Shown piece by piece: positions 9,168-17,874 of a DNA stretch of 59,583 bases. The notes under the pieces were generated by a model, which was not told the origin of the DNA, searched no databases, and saw only the letters and a list, made by a program, of their open reading frames with translations. The translations under genes were made by a program, and so were the position numbers. Source of the stretch: an uncultured Gemmatimonadota bacterium (lineage in GTDB: Bacteria; Gemmatimonadota; Gemmatimonadetes; Gemmatimonadales; Gemmatimonadaceae); NCBI GenBank assembly GCA_937867645.1, contig CALMKE010000073.1, forward strand, positions 1 through 59,583, written 5' to 3'. Position 1 is the stretch's first letter. Every line of letters begins with the position of its first letter.

Positions 9168-9887
9168 TTACCTCGCTAGAGGGATCACCGTTTCCAGGCG
9201 GAAGAAGGTCGCGTCATCGCCGTCCGCGATGAGCTTCCGTCCGACACCGAACCCGAGGATGAACCCGGTTCCGTTGTGCCACTCGGCCACCAGCCCCGGC
9301 TGAGTCATGCTGAAATCTCCCGAGTTGGCGTAAGCTACCTCGCCGCCGACGCGGAACTGACCGCCGCCGGCCAGCTGACTGACCCGCGTCGTCACGCGCC
9401 CGCGGCCCCAGAAGGATTCGCCGCCGAAGTTGTAGCTGGCGAGCAGTTGATAGCCGAGCGGTCCACCCGTGCCCCAATGGTCCAGCGCGCCGCTTATCAC
9501 CACTCCGTCGCGGCTGTCTGTCACCGCGGTCCCGACGGGCGATACCCGGTCGTCATCGCTGACGAACGCGTAGCCGGCCGTGAACGCGAGCGATCCGCCG
9601 GGAAAGTTGTTCCTCAGCCCCGCGTACGGTCGCACCGAAAAAACGTTCTGCGTTTCCGTCGGAAGCTTGTAGGTCAGGTAATAAGACTGCACGCCGACCA
9701 GCGGCGACCAGCCCGGCCCACCGGGACCGGCGCTCACGCCGCCGAGGAGCAGCAGCGTTTCTTCCGTATCGTATTCGGCCACGCCGATCGCCGTGGCCTG
9801 CCATTGCGCCGCGGCCGGCTGTGCCAGCGCGAAAAGCGAGAACGCAATGCTTCCGAGTATTGCAGCCCGCTTCATTGTCGTTTTCAT
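9168..9887 (-). CDS. Secreted small beta-barrel-like protein (putative outer-membrane protein)
   Basis: It has a signal peptide MKTTMKRAAILGSIAFSLFALAQPAAAQ, and the body is Gly/aromatic-rich with alternating residues. GGAG lies 6 nt upstream of the ATG at 9887 (the track ORF starts at 9899). Confidence 0.6.
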   Translation of the reverse strand: MKTTMKRAAILGSIAFSLFALAQPAAAQWQATAIGVAEYDTEETLLLLGGVSAGPGGPGWSPLVGVQSYYLTYKLPTETQNVFSVRPYAGLRNNFPGGSLAFTAGYAFVSDDDRVSPVGTAVTDSRDGVVISGALDHWGTGGPLGYQLLASYNFGGESFWGRGRVTTRVSQLAGGGQFRVGGEVAYANSGDFSMTQPGLVAEWHNGTGFILGFGVGRKLIADGDDATFFRLETVIPLAR

Positions 9888-9987
9888 CGTCCACTCCATT
9901 CCGTTTCGTGTTCGAGCGGCCGTTCGCCGGCCGCTCGGTTTTCAGCAATCCCCCGCGAATTGCAAGTGCCGGTCCAATGGGGCCTCG

Positions 9988-11637
9988 TCAGGTCCGCCAG
10001 AATATCCGATTCCGCGTGAAATACTGAGCGATCACGACGACGACCACCGTCGAGACCAGGCTTCGCAGGATGGATTCGCCGGGGGATGCCCGCAATGCCC
10101 CGCGCATGGCCGGGATCATCTCCAGCAGCGAGTTCAGGAAGACGGTGTACAGCACGTACACCAGCATCGGGTTGTGACCGACGTCTATCAAAGGCCGGAC
10201 GACTCTTCTCAGTCCGAGCACGTCCACGATGGCCACCAGCGCGACCATCACCATCATCGTGATTCCGGTGACCGTGAAGAAATAGGACAGCGTATCGGGG
10301 ACCTTCTTGATGCCGCCCTCGAAGGGGTCGAGCACCAGGCCGAGCAGAAGCCAGAGCGCGCCCCACGAAAAGAGCCGCTGGAGCAGCAGCTCGGTGGAAG
10401 ACGTCGGCCGCCACGTGAGCACCGCGCCGAGCGCGCAGAGCGCGATCGCGATCTGGGTCGTTTCCTGCACCCAGCGGTTGTACAACCCGACGACCACGAG
10501 CGGTGCCATCGCCAGGCTGAGCATGGCGAGCAGAGTGATTCGCGAGGTGCCCCATCCCGGGCCAGCGGTGCCGCCCGGCGGCGGCGCAGGGGATCTCATC
10601 CACTGGAGCAGGACGTCGCCCGCAATCGTACCGGGTATCACGACCGCGAGCAGCGTCAGCTGGCTCGGCTGCAACAGCCACGGCGCAGGAGAGCTCCACC
10701 AGAATGACTGGATCCACCCCTCACCACGCGCGCCCAGATACAGGGCCAGCGTCGCGGCCAGCACGACCAGCCGCGCGTTGAGGTTCTCCCGGGTGAAATA
10801 CCACACGATCGAGCCGGCCAGCGCCGCGAACGCGAGGCCGGCGATGATGTCGTCGCGTCGCGTTGGCGTGAACGTGCCGTCGTACACCAGCGGCGACAGC
10901 GCCAGGAACAGTATCGCGGCAATCCAGCCGGCCCTGTTCACCAGCGCGAACTTGCGCTCGTCCCAGTCCTTCCGGCGCCGGGTGAATATCAGGAACATGA
11001 TGAAGAAACCAACTATCGCGAGCGCGCGCCCCTCCTGGGTGTAGCCGACGAAGAACGTGTTCGAGTGTCCGATCAGGAGGGCGAACACGAACAGCATGAA
11101 GAAGCGCCGAATGGCGGCGAGTACGATCGCGACCTCGGTTTCTCCGCGCTCGATGCGGCGCGAGAGCGTTATCGGGAGCGCGGCCGCCATCGTGAACAGG
11201 AATGCCGCGTACGCGAGATCCCGCCACGTGATGCCCGCGATGTCCACGAGATTTCCCGGCGGTGGAAACTGCCGGTGATACATCCAGCCCGGGAAATAGC
11301 TGCCGTGAATGGTGAAGCCGAGCGTCATGCTGATCAGGAACAGGCCGCGCAACGCGTCGAGGCTGTGCGCGCGGCGCGGCGCGGCGACGGGATCTCCCGG
11401 CGGCGCGATTCCGACATCGGCGGGAGACGCGCCGACGTCCGGAACGGCCGAGCCGGCTGCGTCTCCGAGCAGACTTCGCGCGGCGACGGCGGTCTGCGGC
11501 GGGGGAAGCAGACCCGGCTCGAATCCGCTGGGCTCGCCGGGTCCGCCGCCGTGCACCGGACCGTGGACCACGATCGGTCGCTCTTCCAGGGACCGATCGG
11601 CGCTCACGATCGAGGTGGCCGACTTATCGTGCCGCAC
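9988..11637 (-). CDS. Multi-pass membrane protein resembling the HGSNAT / DUF5009-DUF1624 transmembrane acyltransferase family
   Basis: The motif RRAHSLDALRGLFLISMTLGF is followed by about 10 hydrophobic segments. The GTG at 11637 is preceded by AAGGAGAAAGGAG with 5-nt spacing. It overlaps the upstream synthase stop by 14 nt. An N-terminal stretch of about 100 aa is disordered. Confidence 0.7.
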   Translation of the reverse strand: MRHDKSATSIVSADRSLEERPIVVHGPVHGGGPGEPSGFEPGLLPPPQTAVAARSLLGDAAGSAVPDVGASPADVGIAPPGDPVAAPRRAHSLDALRGLFLISMTLGFTIHGSYFPGWMYHRQFPPPGNLVDIAGITWRDLAYAAFLFTMAAALPITLSRRIERGETEVAIVLAAIRRFFMLFVFALLIGHSNTFFVGYTQEGRALAIVGFFIMFLIFTRRRKDWDERKFALVNRAGWIAAILFLALSPLVYDGTFTPTRRDDIIAGLAFAALAGSIVWYFTRENLNARLVVLAATLALYLGARGEGWIQSFWWSSPAPWLLQPSQLTLLAVVIPGTIAGDVLLQWMRSPAPPPGGTAGPGWGTSRITLLAMLSLAMAPLVVVGLYNRWVQETTQIAIALCALGAVLTWRPTSSTELLLQRLFSWGALWLLLGLVLDPFEGGIKKVPDTLSYFFTVTGITMMVMVALVAIVDVLGLRRVVRPLIDVGHNPMLVYVLYTVFLNSLLEMIPAMRGALRASPGESILRSLVSTVVVVVIAQYFTRNRIFWRT

Positions 11638-13999
11638 TGTCGCTCCTTTCTCCTTGCAGCAGCAGCACCTCTCCGCTCGCCTCCAACCGGGTTTGATTCG
11701 ACTCGGGGCCGGCACGCGACGCGCCGTTGGTGAGCCGCGGATCCGGCACACGCTGGACGCTGAGCTCTATCCCCATGCTGAACAGCACCTGGATCGGCGT
11801 CTCCAGCACGCGTACGTGTCGCACGATGCCGGCGAGAGTGATCGGCGCGCCGGTCACGTCGACCGCGATGGCCGAGCCCGGCGGAATCGGCGCGTCGCCG
11901 ACGACTCTCGCCCCCTTCGCGCTCATCTCCTCGAGGATCACCATCTGTGGCAGCTCGAGCATCTCGCCGGCAGGCTCGTTCATGACCGAGACCGTCGCCG
12001 GCAGCCCGATGATCCGCCTGCGGTCGCCGCGCAGGTTGCGAACAACCTCGTGGGTCCGCGTGATGATGTCGATGGACTGGCGATACTTGAGCCGCCACAT
12101 CGGCATCGCGTGCTGCGTGCAGTGCAGCTCGATCGCGTCGCGCACCTCGATCGGGAGATCGCCGAACTCGACGCCGTGCATGTACACGTCGCCGAAGCGC
12201 GAGGGCTCCTGGTGGACGAATCGAACCTCTCCGAACGTCCACACGCGCTCGGTCGCGAGCGGAAGCTGCATGGCCACGGCGGTGCCCGATTCGACTTTAT
12301 GGGTGGCGCGGAAGCCGAGGCCCGTGGGGTTCAGATCCACCGTGATCGCGGGAAACACCGTCGCGTCGGTGGCGCCCTCGGTACGCACCTGGATCGGAAG
12401 CTGCTCCAAGAACCGGTGGTCCTGTCGCTGCTGGCGCATCCGCAGGGTGTGCCGCACGACGTACGCGGCAAAGCTCACGTTCCACAAGACCCAAACGAGA
12501 TTGACCCAAAACGCCAGCGCGCCCCACCCCGGCGCGGTGTAGTTGATCCAGCCGTTGTAGTACGCGATCGAGGCCCAGATCGGAGCGGCGATCGAGAGCA
12601 GCAGCAGCACGAGCTGCGGCGCGTACGCGCTCTTCGGGACCGCAGTCTTCCCCTTCGGAGTCACGTTGAACTTGAGCGGGCGCCTGGTGAAGATGGCCAG
12701 CGCCGCCATCATGTACGTCCAGACGCGGATCATCGTAAAGCGCTCGGTCATGAGCAGGTAGCCCGTGCCGCGCGACATCAGCTCGAACGTGAGGATAGAC
12801 AGAATGAGGTAGGGGACGAGCCTGATGAGGAACTCGCGCTCGCTCCCCGCGACGGGAAGGATGCCGGTAAAGAAGAAGAACAGCGGCATCAGATAGAAGA
12901 TTGCCTTCTGCCAGCCTTCGAAATACGTCGCGGTCCCCGCGAAGTAGTTCAGCCGCTGCGGAAACGTGAGGCCGCGCTTCGTGAGCGGCTTGATCTTGCG
13001 CAGGACCTGCATCGCGCCCTGGCCCCAGCGCAGGCGCTGGACGTGATACGCCGCGGCCGCTCCCGGCGCGAGGCCGTATGCCAGCGTCTCGTTGTGGTAG
13101 GCCGACTTCCACCCCTTCGCCTGCAGCTCGATGGTCGTCTCCATGTCCTCGATGATCGTCCTGGAGGCGAAGCCGCCGATGTCTTCCAGCGCGGACCTGC
13201 GGAGAATTCCACAGCTGCCGCAGAAGAACGACGCGTTCCAGTTGTCGCGGCCGGGCTGAATGAGCGAATAAAAGATCCGGTTTTCCTCCCACAGCCTGCG
13301 GCCCTCGTCGTTCACGATGTGGGTGAAGGAATCGACGTTGTAGAAATCCTGAGGAGACTGCACGACCGCCATCTTCGGGTCGCGGAAGTGGCCGAGCATG
13401 CGGTCGAGTATGCTCGGCAACGGCACATGGTCCGCGTCGAGCTGCAGGATGAACTCTCCCTCCGTCACGCTCAGCGCGAAGTTGAGGTTGCCGGCCTTCG
13501 CGTTCGCGTTACCGACGCGGCGGATGTACCCGATGCCCAGTTCGGCCGCCATCGCGCGCACTTCCTCGCGCTTTCCGTCGTCCAGCATGTAGGTCCGGTG
13601 CGGATACCGGATCGCGCGCGCGCCCATCGCGGTTCTGCGCAGAACCTCGAGCGGCTCGTCGTAGCACGTGATGAAGACGTCTACCTTCTTGCCGGCCGGC
13701 GCGGGCCCGGGATCGCGCTGGCGAAGCCGCCATACGAGAAAGACGAACAGGCACATGTTGATGTAGGCCCACGTCTCGGCCAGCATCAAAAGGAGCGACG
13801 GGACGATCGCCCGCGGCTCCGTGTTGATCGTGTTCGTCCAGCGCCATCCGATCCAGTAGGTGGCGTACACGACGGCGATAACTGCGACCGTCCGGATCAT
13901 CCTCTCCCGCCACTCCGGGAGCACCGGCGTGGCGATGCGAACCCTCTCGGCGGAAGGAGTCGTGGGACTGGAGTCCGGAGGGCTCAATTCGTGCTGCAT
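11624..13999 (-). CDS. Cellulose-synthase-like (BcsA-like) family-2 glycosyltransferase with two C-terminal PilZ-like modules
   Basis: 791 aa. GT2 processive-synthase motifs are present: YMLDDG, LQLDADH, IIEDME and QRLRWGQG (QxxRW), flanked by TM helices. The C-terminus has RQDHR...DLNPTG and RGDRR...EMSAKG, i.e. RxxxR plus D/NxSxxG-like pairs. Confidence 0.88.
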   Translation of the reverse strand: MQHELSPPDSSPTTPSAERVRIATPVLPEWRERMIRTVAVIAVVYATYWIGWRWTNTINTEPRAIVPSLLLMLAETWAYINMCLFVFLVWRLRQRDPGPAPAGKKVDVFITCYDEPLEVLRRTAMGARAIRYPHRTYMLDDGKREEVRAMAAELGIGYIRRVGNANAKAGNLNFALSVTEGEFILQLDADHVPLPSILDRMLGHFRDPKMAVVQSPQDFYNVDSFTHIVNDEGRRLWEENRIFYSLIQPGRDNWNASFFCGSCGILRRSALEDIGGFASRTIIEDMETTIELQAKGWKSAYHNETLAYGLAPGAAAAYHVQRLRWGQGAMQVLRKIKPLTKRGLTFPQRLNYFAGTATYFEGWQKAIFYLMPLFFFFTGILPVAGSEREFLIRLVPYLILSILTFELMSRGTGYLLMTERFTMIRVWTYMMAALAIFTRRPLKFNVTPKGKTAVPKSAYAPQLVLLLLSIAAPIWASIAYYNGWINYTAPGWGALAFWVNLVWVLWNVSFAAYVVRHTLRMRQQRQDHRFLEQLPIQVRTEGATDATVFPAITVDLNPTGLGFRATHKVESGTAVAMQLPLATERVWTFGEVRFVHQEPSRFGDVYMHGVEFGDLPIEVRDAIELHCTQHAMPMWRLKYRQSIDIITRTHEVVRNLRGDRRRIIGLPATVSVMNEPAGEMLELPQMVILEEMSAKGARVVGDAPIPPGSAIAVDVTGAPITLAGIVRHVRVLETPIQVLFSMGIELSVQRVPDPRLTNGASRAGPESNQTRLEASGEVLLLQGERSDSAAR

Positions 14000-14170
14000 G
14001 CGCTTATGGAGTCACTTGTGTGTGTCGCCCAGGACGGCTTGCTGACCCGACCCGCAAACCCTCAGGTATCGACGTCGTGACCTGCCGCAGAATGCCAGTT
14101 GTGTGCCCGGCCACATCCCGAGCGCTTGTCTAAGGCGATGCAGCGCAGCGATAAACGAATGAATCGGCGC

Positions 14171-14185
14171 GGCCTGCTCTTTGCA
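14171..14185 (+). promoter_or_regulatory. Candidate sigma-54-type promoter upstream of the DUF3131-like gene
   Basis: GGCCTG-CTCT-TTGCA, with GG and TTGC at consensus spacing, lies 31 nt upstream of the ATG at 14216. It would be inside the gene if an earlier in-frame start (14099 or 14159) were used. Confidence 0.3.
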
Positions 14186-14215
14186 TTTCGGTCCCCAAAT
14201 GCCGAACGCTCAGCC

Positions 14216-15538
14216 ATGAGCAGGAGCCTGGTGGAAAAGATGCGAGTTGGAAGTCTGATACTTGTCGTCAGCGCGCTGACGGTGAGCGCGCATGCGTGCG
14301 GGGAGGCCCAGGAGAGCAACGCCGCCGAGCCGGTGGTCGAGCTCCAGAGCGGCGCTACGCCGCCGATGGTGGCGCGCGCCGAGCTCACGGCAGAGGACCG
14401 GGCCTTTTACCAGGAAGCGGCACGCCTCGCCTTGCGGTACATGGAAACCAACTACCAGCCGAGTACAGGCTTCGTGAACGCCACGCCGGATTGGGCGTAC
14501 ACCACCATCTGGGACATCGGCGCCCAGCTTCTCGCCTTTCATGCCGCGAAGGAGCTCGGGCTCATCACGCAGGCACAATACGACCAGCGGACGAGCAAGA
14601 CGCTCAACACCCTTGAGCGCCTGCCGCTTTTTCGCGGGCTGGCCTACAACAAGGCGTACTCGACTCGCGACGGCTCGATGGGCAACGGAGCCAAGCAGGG
14701 CGGCATCGGCTGGTCCGCCACCGATCTTGGACGAATGCTTGTCGCGCTCAAGGTGATAGCGACGCGCGAGCCACAGTACGCCGAGCAGGCGGAGCGAATC
14801 GTCCGCCGCAACAAGTTCGGCGAGATCATCAAGAACGGCTATCTACACGGACAACTGATCGGCGCCAGCGGCCGGCCATGGACGTTCCAGGAAGGCCGCA
14901 TCGGATACGAGCAGTACGTGGCTGCCGGATTCGATCTCTGGGGCGGCGAGGTGGACAACGCCCTGAACCTCCGGCGGAACGGCCGGCCGGTGAAGGTGCT
15001 GGGAGTCGAGCTTCTGCTCGACACACGCTGGAACGACCGGCTGCTGAGCGAGCCGTTCTACCTGCTCGGCATGGAGCTCGGACTTACCGGCGACATGCGT
15101 AGCCTCGCCGTGAACGTGCTGAAGGCGCAGGAAGCGCGGTTCAACCAGACGGGCCAGGTCACCATCGCCACCGAGGACGCGGTCGGCGTCCCCCCGCACT
15201 ACTTCTACTACTACTGCGTCTACTGCAACCGGAAGCCGTTCGTCATCGACATCGCGATCCCGGGCCGGGAGATGGATTCACCGCGCTGGGTGAGCACCAA
15301 GGGCGCCTTTGGCTGGAACGCGATCCTGCCGAGCGCGTACACGCAACGCGCGCAGGACCTCGTGGCCGGAGCGCGCGACGCGGAGCGCGGCTGGGCGTCG
15401 GGAGTGTACGAGAAGACTTCGGCCTCGACGCGCACTTATGACATCAACACGGCGGCCGTCATTCTCGAAGCCGCGGCGTACCAGCTCCGCGGCGGAAAGC
15501 CGCACATACAGGCGGCTACGGCCAGCGCGGCTAACTAG
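14216..15538 (+). CDS. Lipoprotein-like secreted protein, DUF3131-like (possible alpha/alpha-barrel glycan-binding or hydrolase fold)
   Basis: The signal/lipobox-like N-terminus is MSRSLVEKMRVGSLILVVSALTVSAHAC. From memory, the body (…TPDWAYTTIWDIGAQLLAFHAAKELGLI…) resembles DUF3131-family proteins. An alternative start at 14237 has GGTGGA 5 nt upstream. Confidence 0.6.
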   Translation: MSRSLVEKMRVGSLILVVSALTVSAHACGEAQESNAAEPVVELQSGATPPMVARAELTAEDRAFYQEAARLALRYMETNYQPSTGFVNATPDWAYTTIWDIGAQLLAFHAAKELGLITQAQYDQRTSKTLNTLERLPLFRGLAYNKAYSTRDGSMGNGAKQGGIGWSATDLGRMLVALKVIATREPQYAEQAERIVRRNKFGEIIKNGYLHGQLIGASGRPWTFQEGRIGYEQYVAAGFDLWGGEVDNALNLRRNGRPVKVLGVELLLDTRWNDRLLSEPFYLLGMELGLTGDMRSLAVNVLKAQEARFNQTGQVTIATEDAVGVPPHYFYYYCVYCNRKPFVIDIAIPGREMDSPRWVSTKGAFGWNAILPSAYTQRAQDLVAGARDAERGWASGVYEKTSASTRTYDINTAAVILEAAAYQLRGGKPHIQAATASAAN

Positions 15539-16516
15539 CTAGCCGCGTCGCGCGAGACCGATCGCGTACTCCGTCCACCACTGACCCGCGCGCGGGTTGC
15601 CGCGGCCGCATTCGCCATCGGACTCACCCGGTAGCTTCACCCAGAGAAAGGCGTCCACGAGCTGGTGGCCGGTCTGCGTCGTGGGCGCGCGGCCCAGCGC
15701 GCCCTGCGCGTTGCACCACTCCCCGTTGGCGCTCCCGATTCCGTTGCGGCTCGTGTCGATGATGAAGTGCTTTCCGCCCACGCGCCGCGACACCTGCTCG
15801 CCGTAGGCGATGTTGGCCGGATTGGTGATGTAGTTCGAGATGTTGAGCGCGAAGCCGTCAGCCATGTCGATGGCGGATTCCGACAGCCGCGACGCGATGA
15901 CTTCCGGCCGCTGCCACCTGGCGTGCCCCGCGTCGAGATACACGACGGCGTTCTTCGCCTTGAGCACCTGCACCGCGTCCCGCATCAGCGCGAACCGCTC
16001 CGCGCGTTGCGCGGGCTTGAGGCAATCCGCGCCGGCCAGCGCGTCCGGCTCGAGGATGACTACCGCTTTGCGGCCGGACAGCCCCTCGGCGAATTCGCGG
16101 ATCCAGCGCTTGTAGCCGCTCGCGCTGCGCTGTCCGCCCGCGGAGTAAGAGCCGCAATCCCGGTTGGGAATGTTGTACGCGACGAATACCGGCAGCGCGC
16201 CGGCGCGCGACACGGCCGCGACCGCGGCCTGCACGTCGCGGCGGATGTTCGAGTTCCAGTCGCCCATCCACTTCGCGGTCGGCTGTGAGGCGATCCGCTC
16301 CAGCGCGGCGGCGTCCGCCGGCCGCGTGCGGCGAAGCTGCTCGGCGCTCCGGCGTGCCGGCGAGTTCGGATCGACGTACAGCCGCGACCCGCCCAGGGGA
16401 TTCGTGGCCGTGGAGCGCTGCGCCTGAGATGCGACAGGGACGAGCGCCAGCGCCGACGCAACCGCCAGAACGGCGCGCCCGAGCACACGAATCTGTTTGG
16501 CGTTCAGTGTCACCAT
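15539..16516 (-). CDS. Glycoside hydrolase family 6 (beta-1,4-glucanase type), catalytic domain only, secreted
   Basis: GH6 strings are present: VAYNIPNRDCGSYSAGG, ILEPDALAG, YLDAGHARW, ALNISNY, IIDTSRNG and WVKLPGESDG. The ATG at 16516 is preceded by GGAGG at 5-nt spacing, and the signal peptide is MVTLNAKQIRVLGRAVLAVASALALVPVASQAQ. Confidence 0.88.
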   Translation of the reverse strand: MVTLNAKQIRVLGRAVLAVASALALVPVASQAQRSTATNPLGGSRLYVDPNSPARRSAEQLRRTRPADAAALERIASQPTAKWMGDWNSNIRRDVQAAVAAVSRAGALPVFVAYNIPNRDCGSYSAGGQRSASGYKRWIREFAEGLSGRKAVVILEPDALAGADCLKPAQRAERFALMRDAVQVLKAKNAVVYLDAGHARWQRPEVIASRLSESAIDMADGFALNISNYITNPANIAYGEQVSRRVGGKHFIIDTSRNGIGSANGEWCNAQGALGRAPTTQTGHQLVDAFLWVKLPGESDGECGRGNPRAGQWWTEYAIGLARRG

Positions 16517-16598
16517 GCCGGCCTCCTCAACCGCATCTCGCTTGCCACACTTCGTTTGACGGACGCCCAACCGGAACGTTTACCGGTCGCGCGCAGCG

Positions 16599-17672
16599 CT
16601 ACGGCGTTCGCTTGGCGAGCTCCAGGGCATACTCCGGCCACCATTTTCCGGCGGCGGGCGCGCCGTCGCAGGCGCCGTCCGATTCACCCGGCGGCTTGAT
16701 CCACAGGTACGCGTCCACCAGCGGGTTCGCCGTGACGGCGGAAGGGGGCGCGCCCAGCGCGCGACCCGGAGGATTGCACCACTGGTAATCCACGGTCGCG
16801 CCCAGTCCGTTCCGCCCGGTGTCGATGATGAAGTGCTTGCCGCCAACGAGCGCGGATATCTGCTCGCCGTAGGCGGTATTGAGCGAAGTCGCGATGAAGT
16901 TCGACACGTTGAGGGCGAACCCGTCGGCGGTCGAGATGCCGGCGAGGTTCAGGCGACGCGCCATTTCGCTCGCGGAGTGCCAGGCCGGATGCCCCGCGTC
17001 GAGGTACACGTGCGCGCCTTTGCCCTTCAGCGCCTGGATCGCGTACCTGATGAGGTCCATGCGACTCGCCTGATCGGCGGCCGAGAGGCAGCCCATGTTG
17101 GCCAGCGCGTCCGGCTCGAGGATGACCGCGGCCTTCCGCCCGGCGATGGCGTTCGCGAACGAGGTGATCCACGTCCGGTAGCTCGCAGCCGTCGCGCCGC
17201 CCCCGCCCGAGAGTCCGCCACAATCGCGATCCGGGATGTTGTACGCGACCAGAACCGGAAGCGCGCCCTGCGATTCAGCCGCGCTCATCGCGCCGGTTAC
17301 CGCGCTGTAGACGTCACCGACCCACTCGTTGAACCAGCGGGCCTGGGACCGCACCGCGATCTTCTCCAGCTGATCGGCGTCGGCGGGACGCGCAGCACGC
17401 CATTCGTCCGCGGTTCTGCGCGCGTTCGAATTGGGATTGACGTAGAGCTTCTGACCCGCGAACGGATTCGCCGAGCTCGACGGCGCCGGGCTCGATCCGC
17501 CCGCGGTCGTCGTGCCGGTACCGGGTCCGACCAGCCCTGCTCCGTCGCCGCCGCAGGCTGCGAGCGCCGTCACGCCCATCGCGCCGATGAGGAACGATCG
17601 CGCGCGCGCGGAAATGTCGCGTCGTACCGGCGCGAATTTTCTGGCCCGCTGAAAGCGCAGCGACTTGTCCAT
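16599..17672 (-). CDS. Glycoside hydrolase family 6 paralog, lipoprotein-like, catalytic domain only
   Basis: It has the same GH6 strings: VAYNIPDRDCGGLSGGG, ILEPDALAN, YLDAGHPAW, ALNVSNF, IIDTGRNG and WIKPPGESDG. The N-terminus ...GVTALAACGG is lipobox-like, followed by a Gly/Thr/Ser/Pro linker. Confidence 0.88.
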   Translation of the reverse strand: MDKSLRFQRARKFAPVRRDISARARSFLIGAMGVTALAACGGDGAGLVGPGTGTTTAGGSSPAPSSSANPFAGQKLYVNPNSNARRTADEWRAARPADADQLEKIAVRSQARWFNEWVGDVYSAVTGAMSAAESQGALPVLVAYNIPDRDCGGLSGGGGATAASYRTWITSFANAIAGRKAAVILEPDALANMGCLSAADQASRMDLIRYAIQALKGKGAHVYLDAGHPAWHSASEMARRLNLAGISTADGFALNVSNFIATSLNTAYGEQISALVGGKHFIIDTGRNGLGATVDYQWCNPPGRALGAPPSAVTANPLVDAYLWIKPPGESDGACDGAPAAGKWWPEYALELAKRTP

Positions 17673-17874
17673 TCAGACCTCTTCGGTGGCCCGACCGGCA
17701 TGGCGATTTCCATCGCTTTAGCCTCGAGGCTTTGCGTCCTCGTCTTTCAACGAGTATGCCGTTTGTCGAAGGTCCGGCCCATGGTGCATGGCCGGAAGGA
17801 ACACGCTTGTTTGTACCCCATAAACATAAGTGGTTCCGGCCCCTAAAACAAGCTGCCACAAGCGGTTAGTTCAC

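Noticed and set aside
11309-14080. 923-aa ORF on the plus strand, the longest uninterrupted frame in the locus
   Set aside because: It is exactly antisense to the BcsA-like synthase, which carries a full set of GT2/QxxRW/PilZ motifs. Its own translation is Arg/Ala/Gly/Pro/His-rich with no motif. Long stop-free antisense frames are expected at this GC content.
17673-17874. Sigma-54 promoter TGGCAG-N4-TTTTA and small palindromes (AGCCTCGAGGCT; tccggcc..ggccgga hairpin) upstream of the second GH6 gene
   Set aside because: The -12 element lacks the conserved GC. The palindromes are short, and the hairpin is plausibly just the terminator of the upstream amidase operon.
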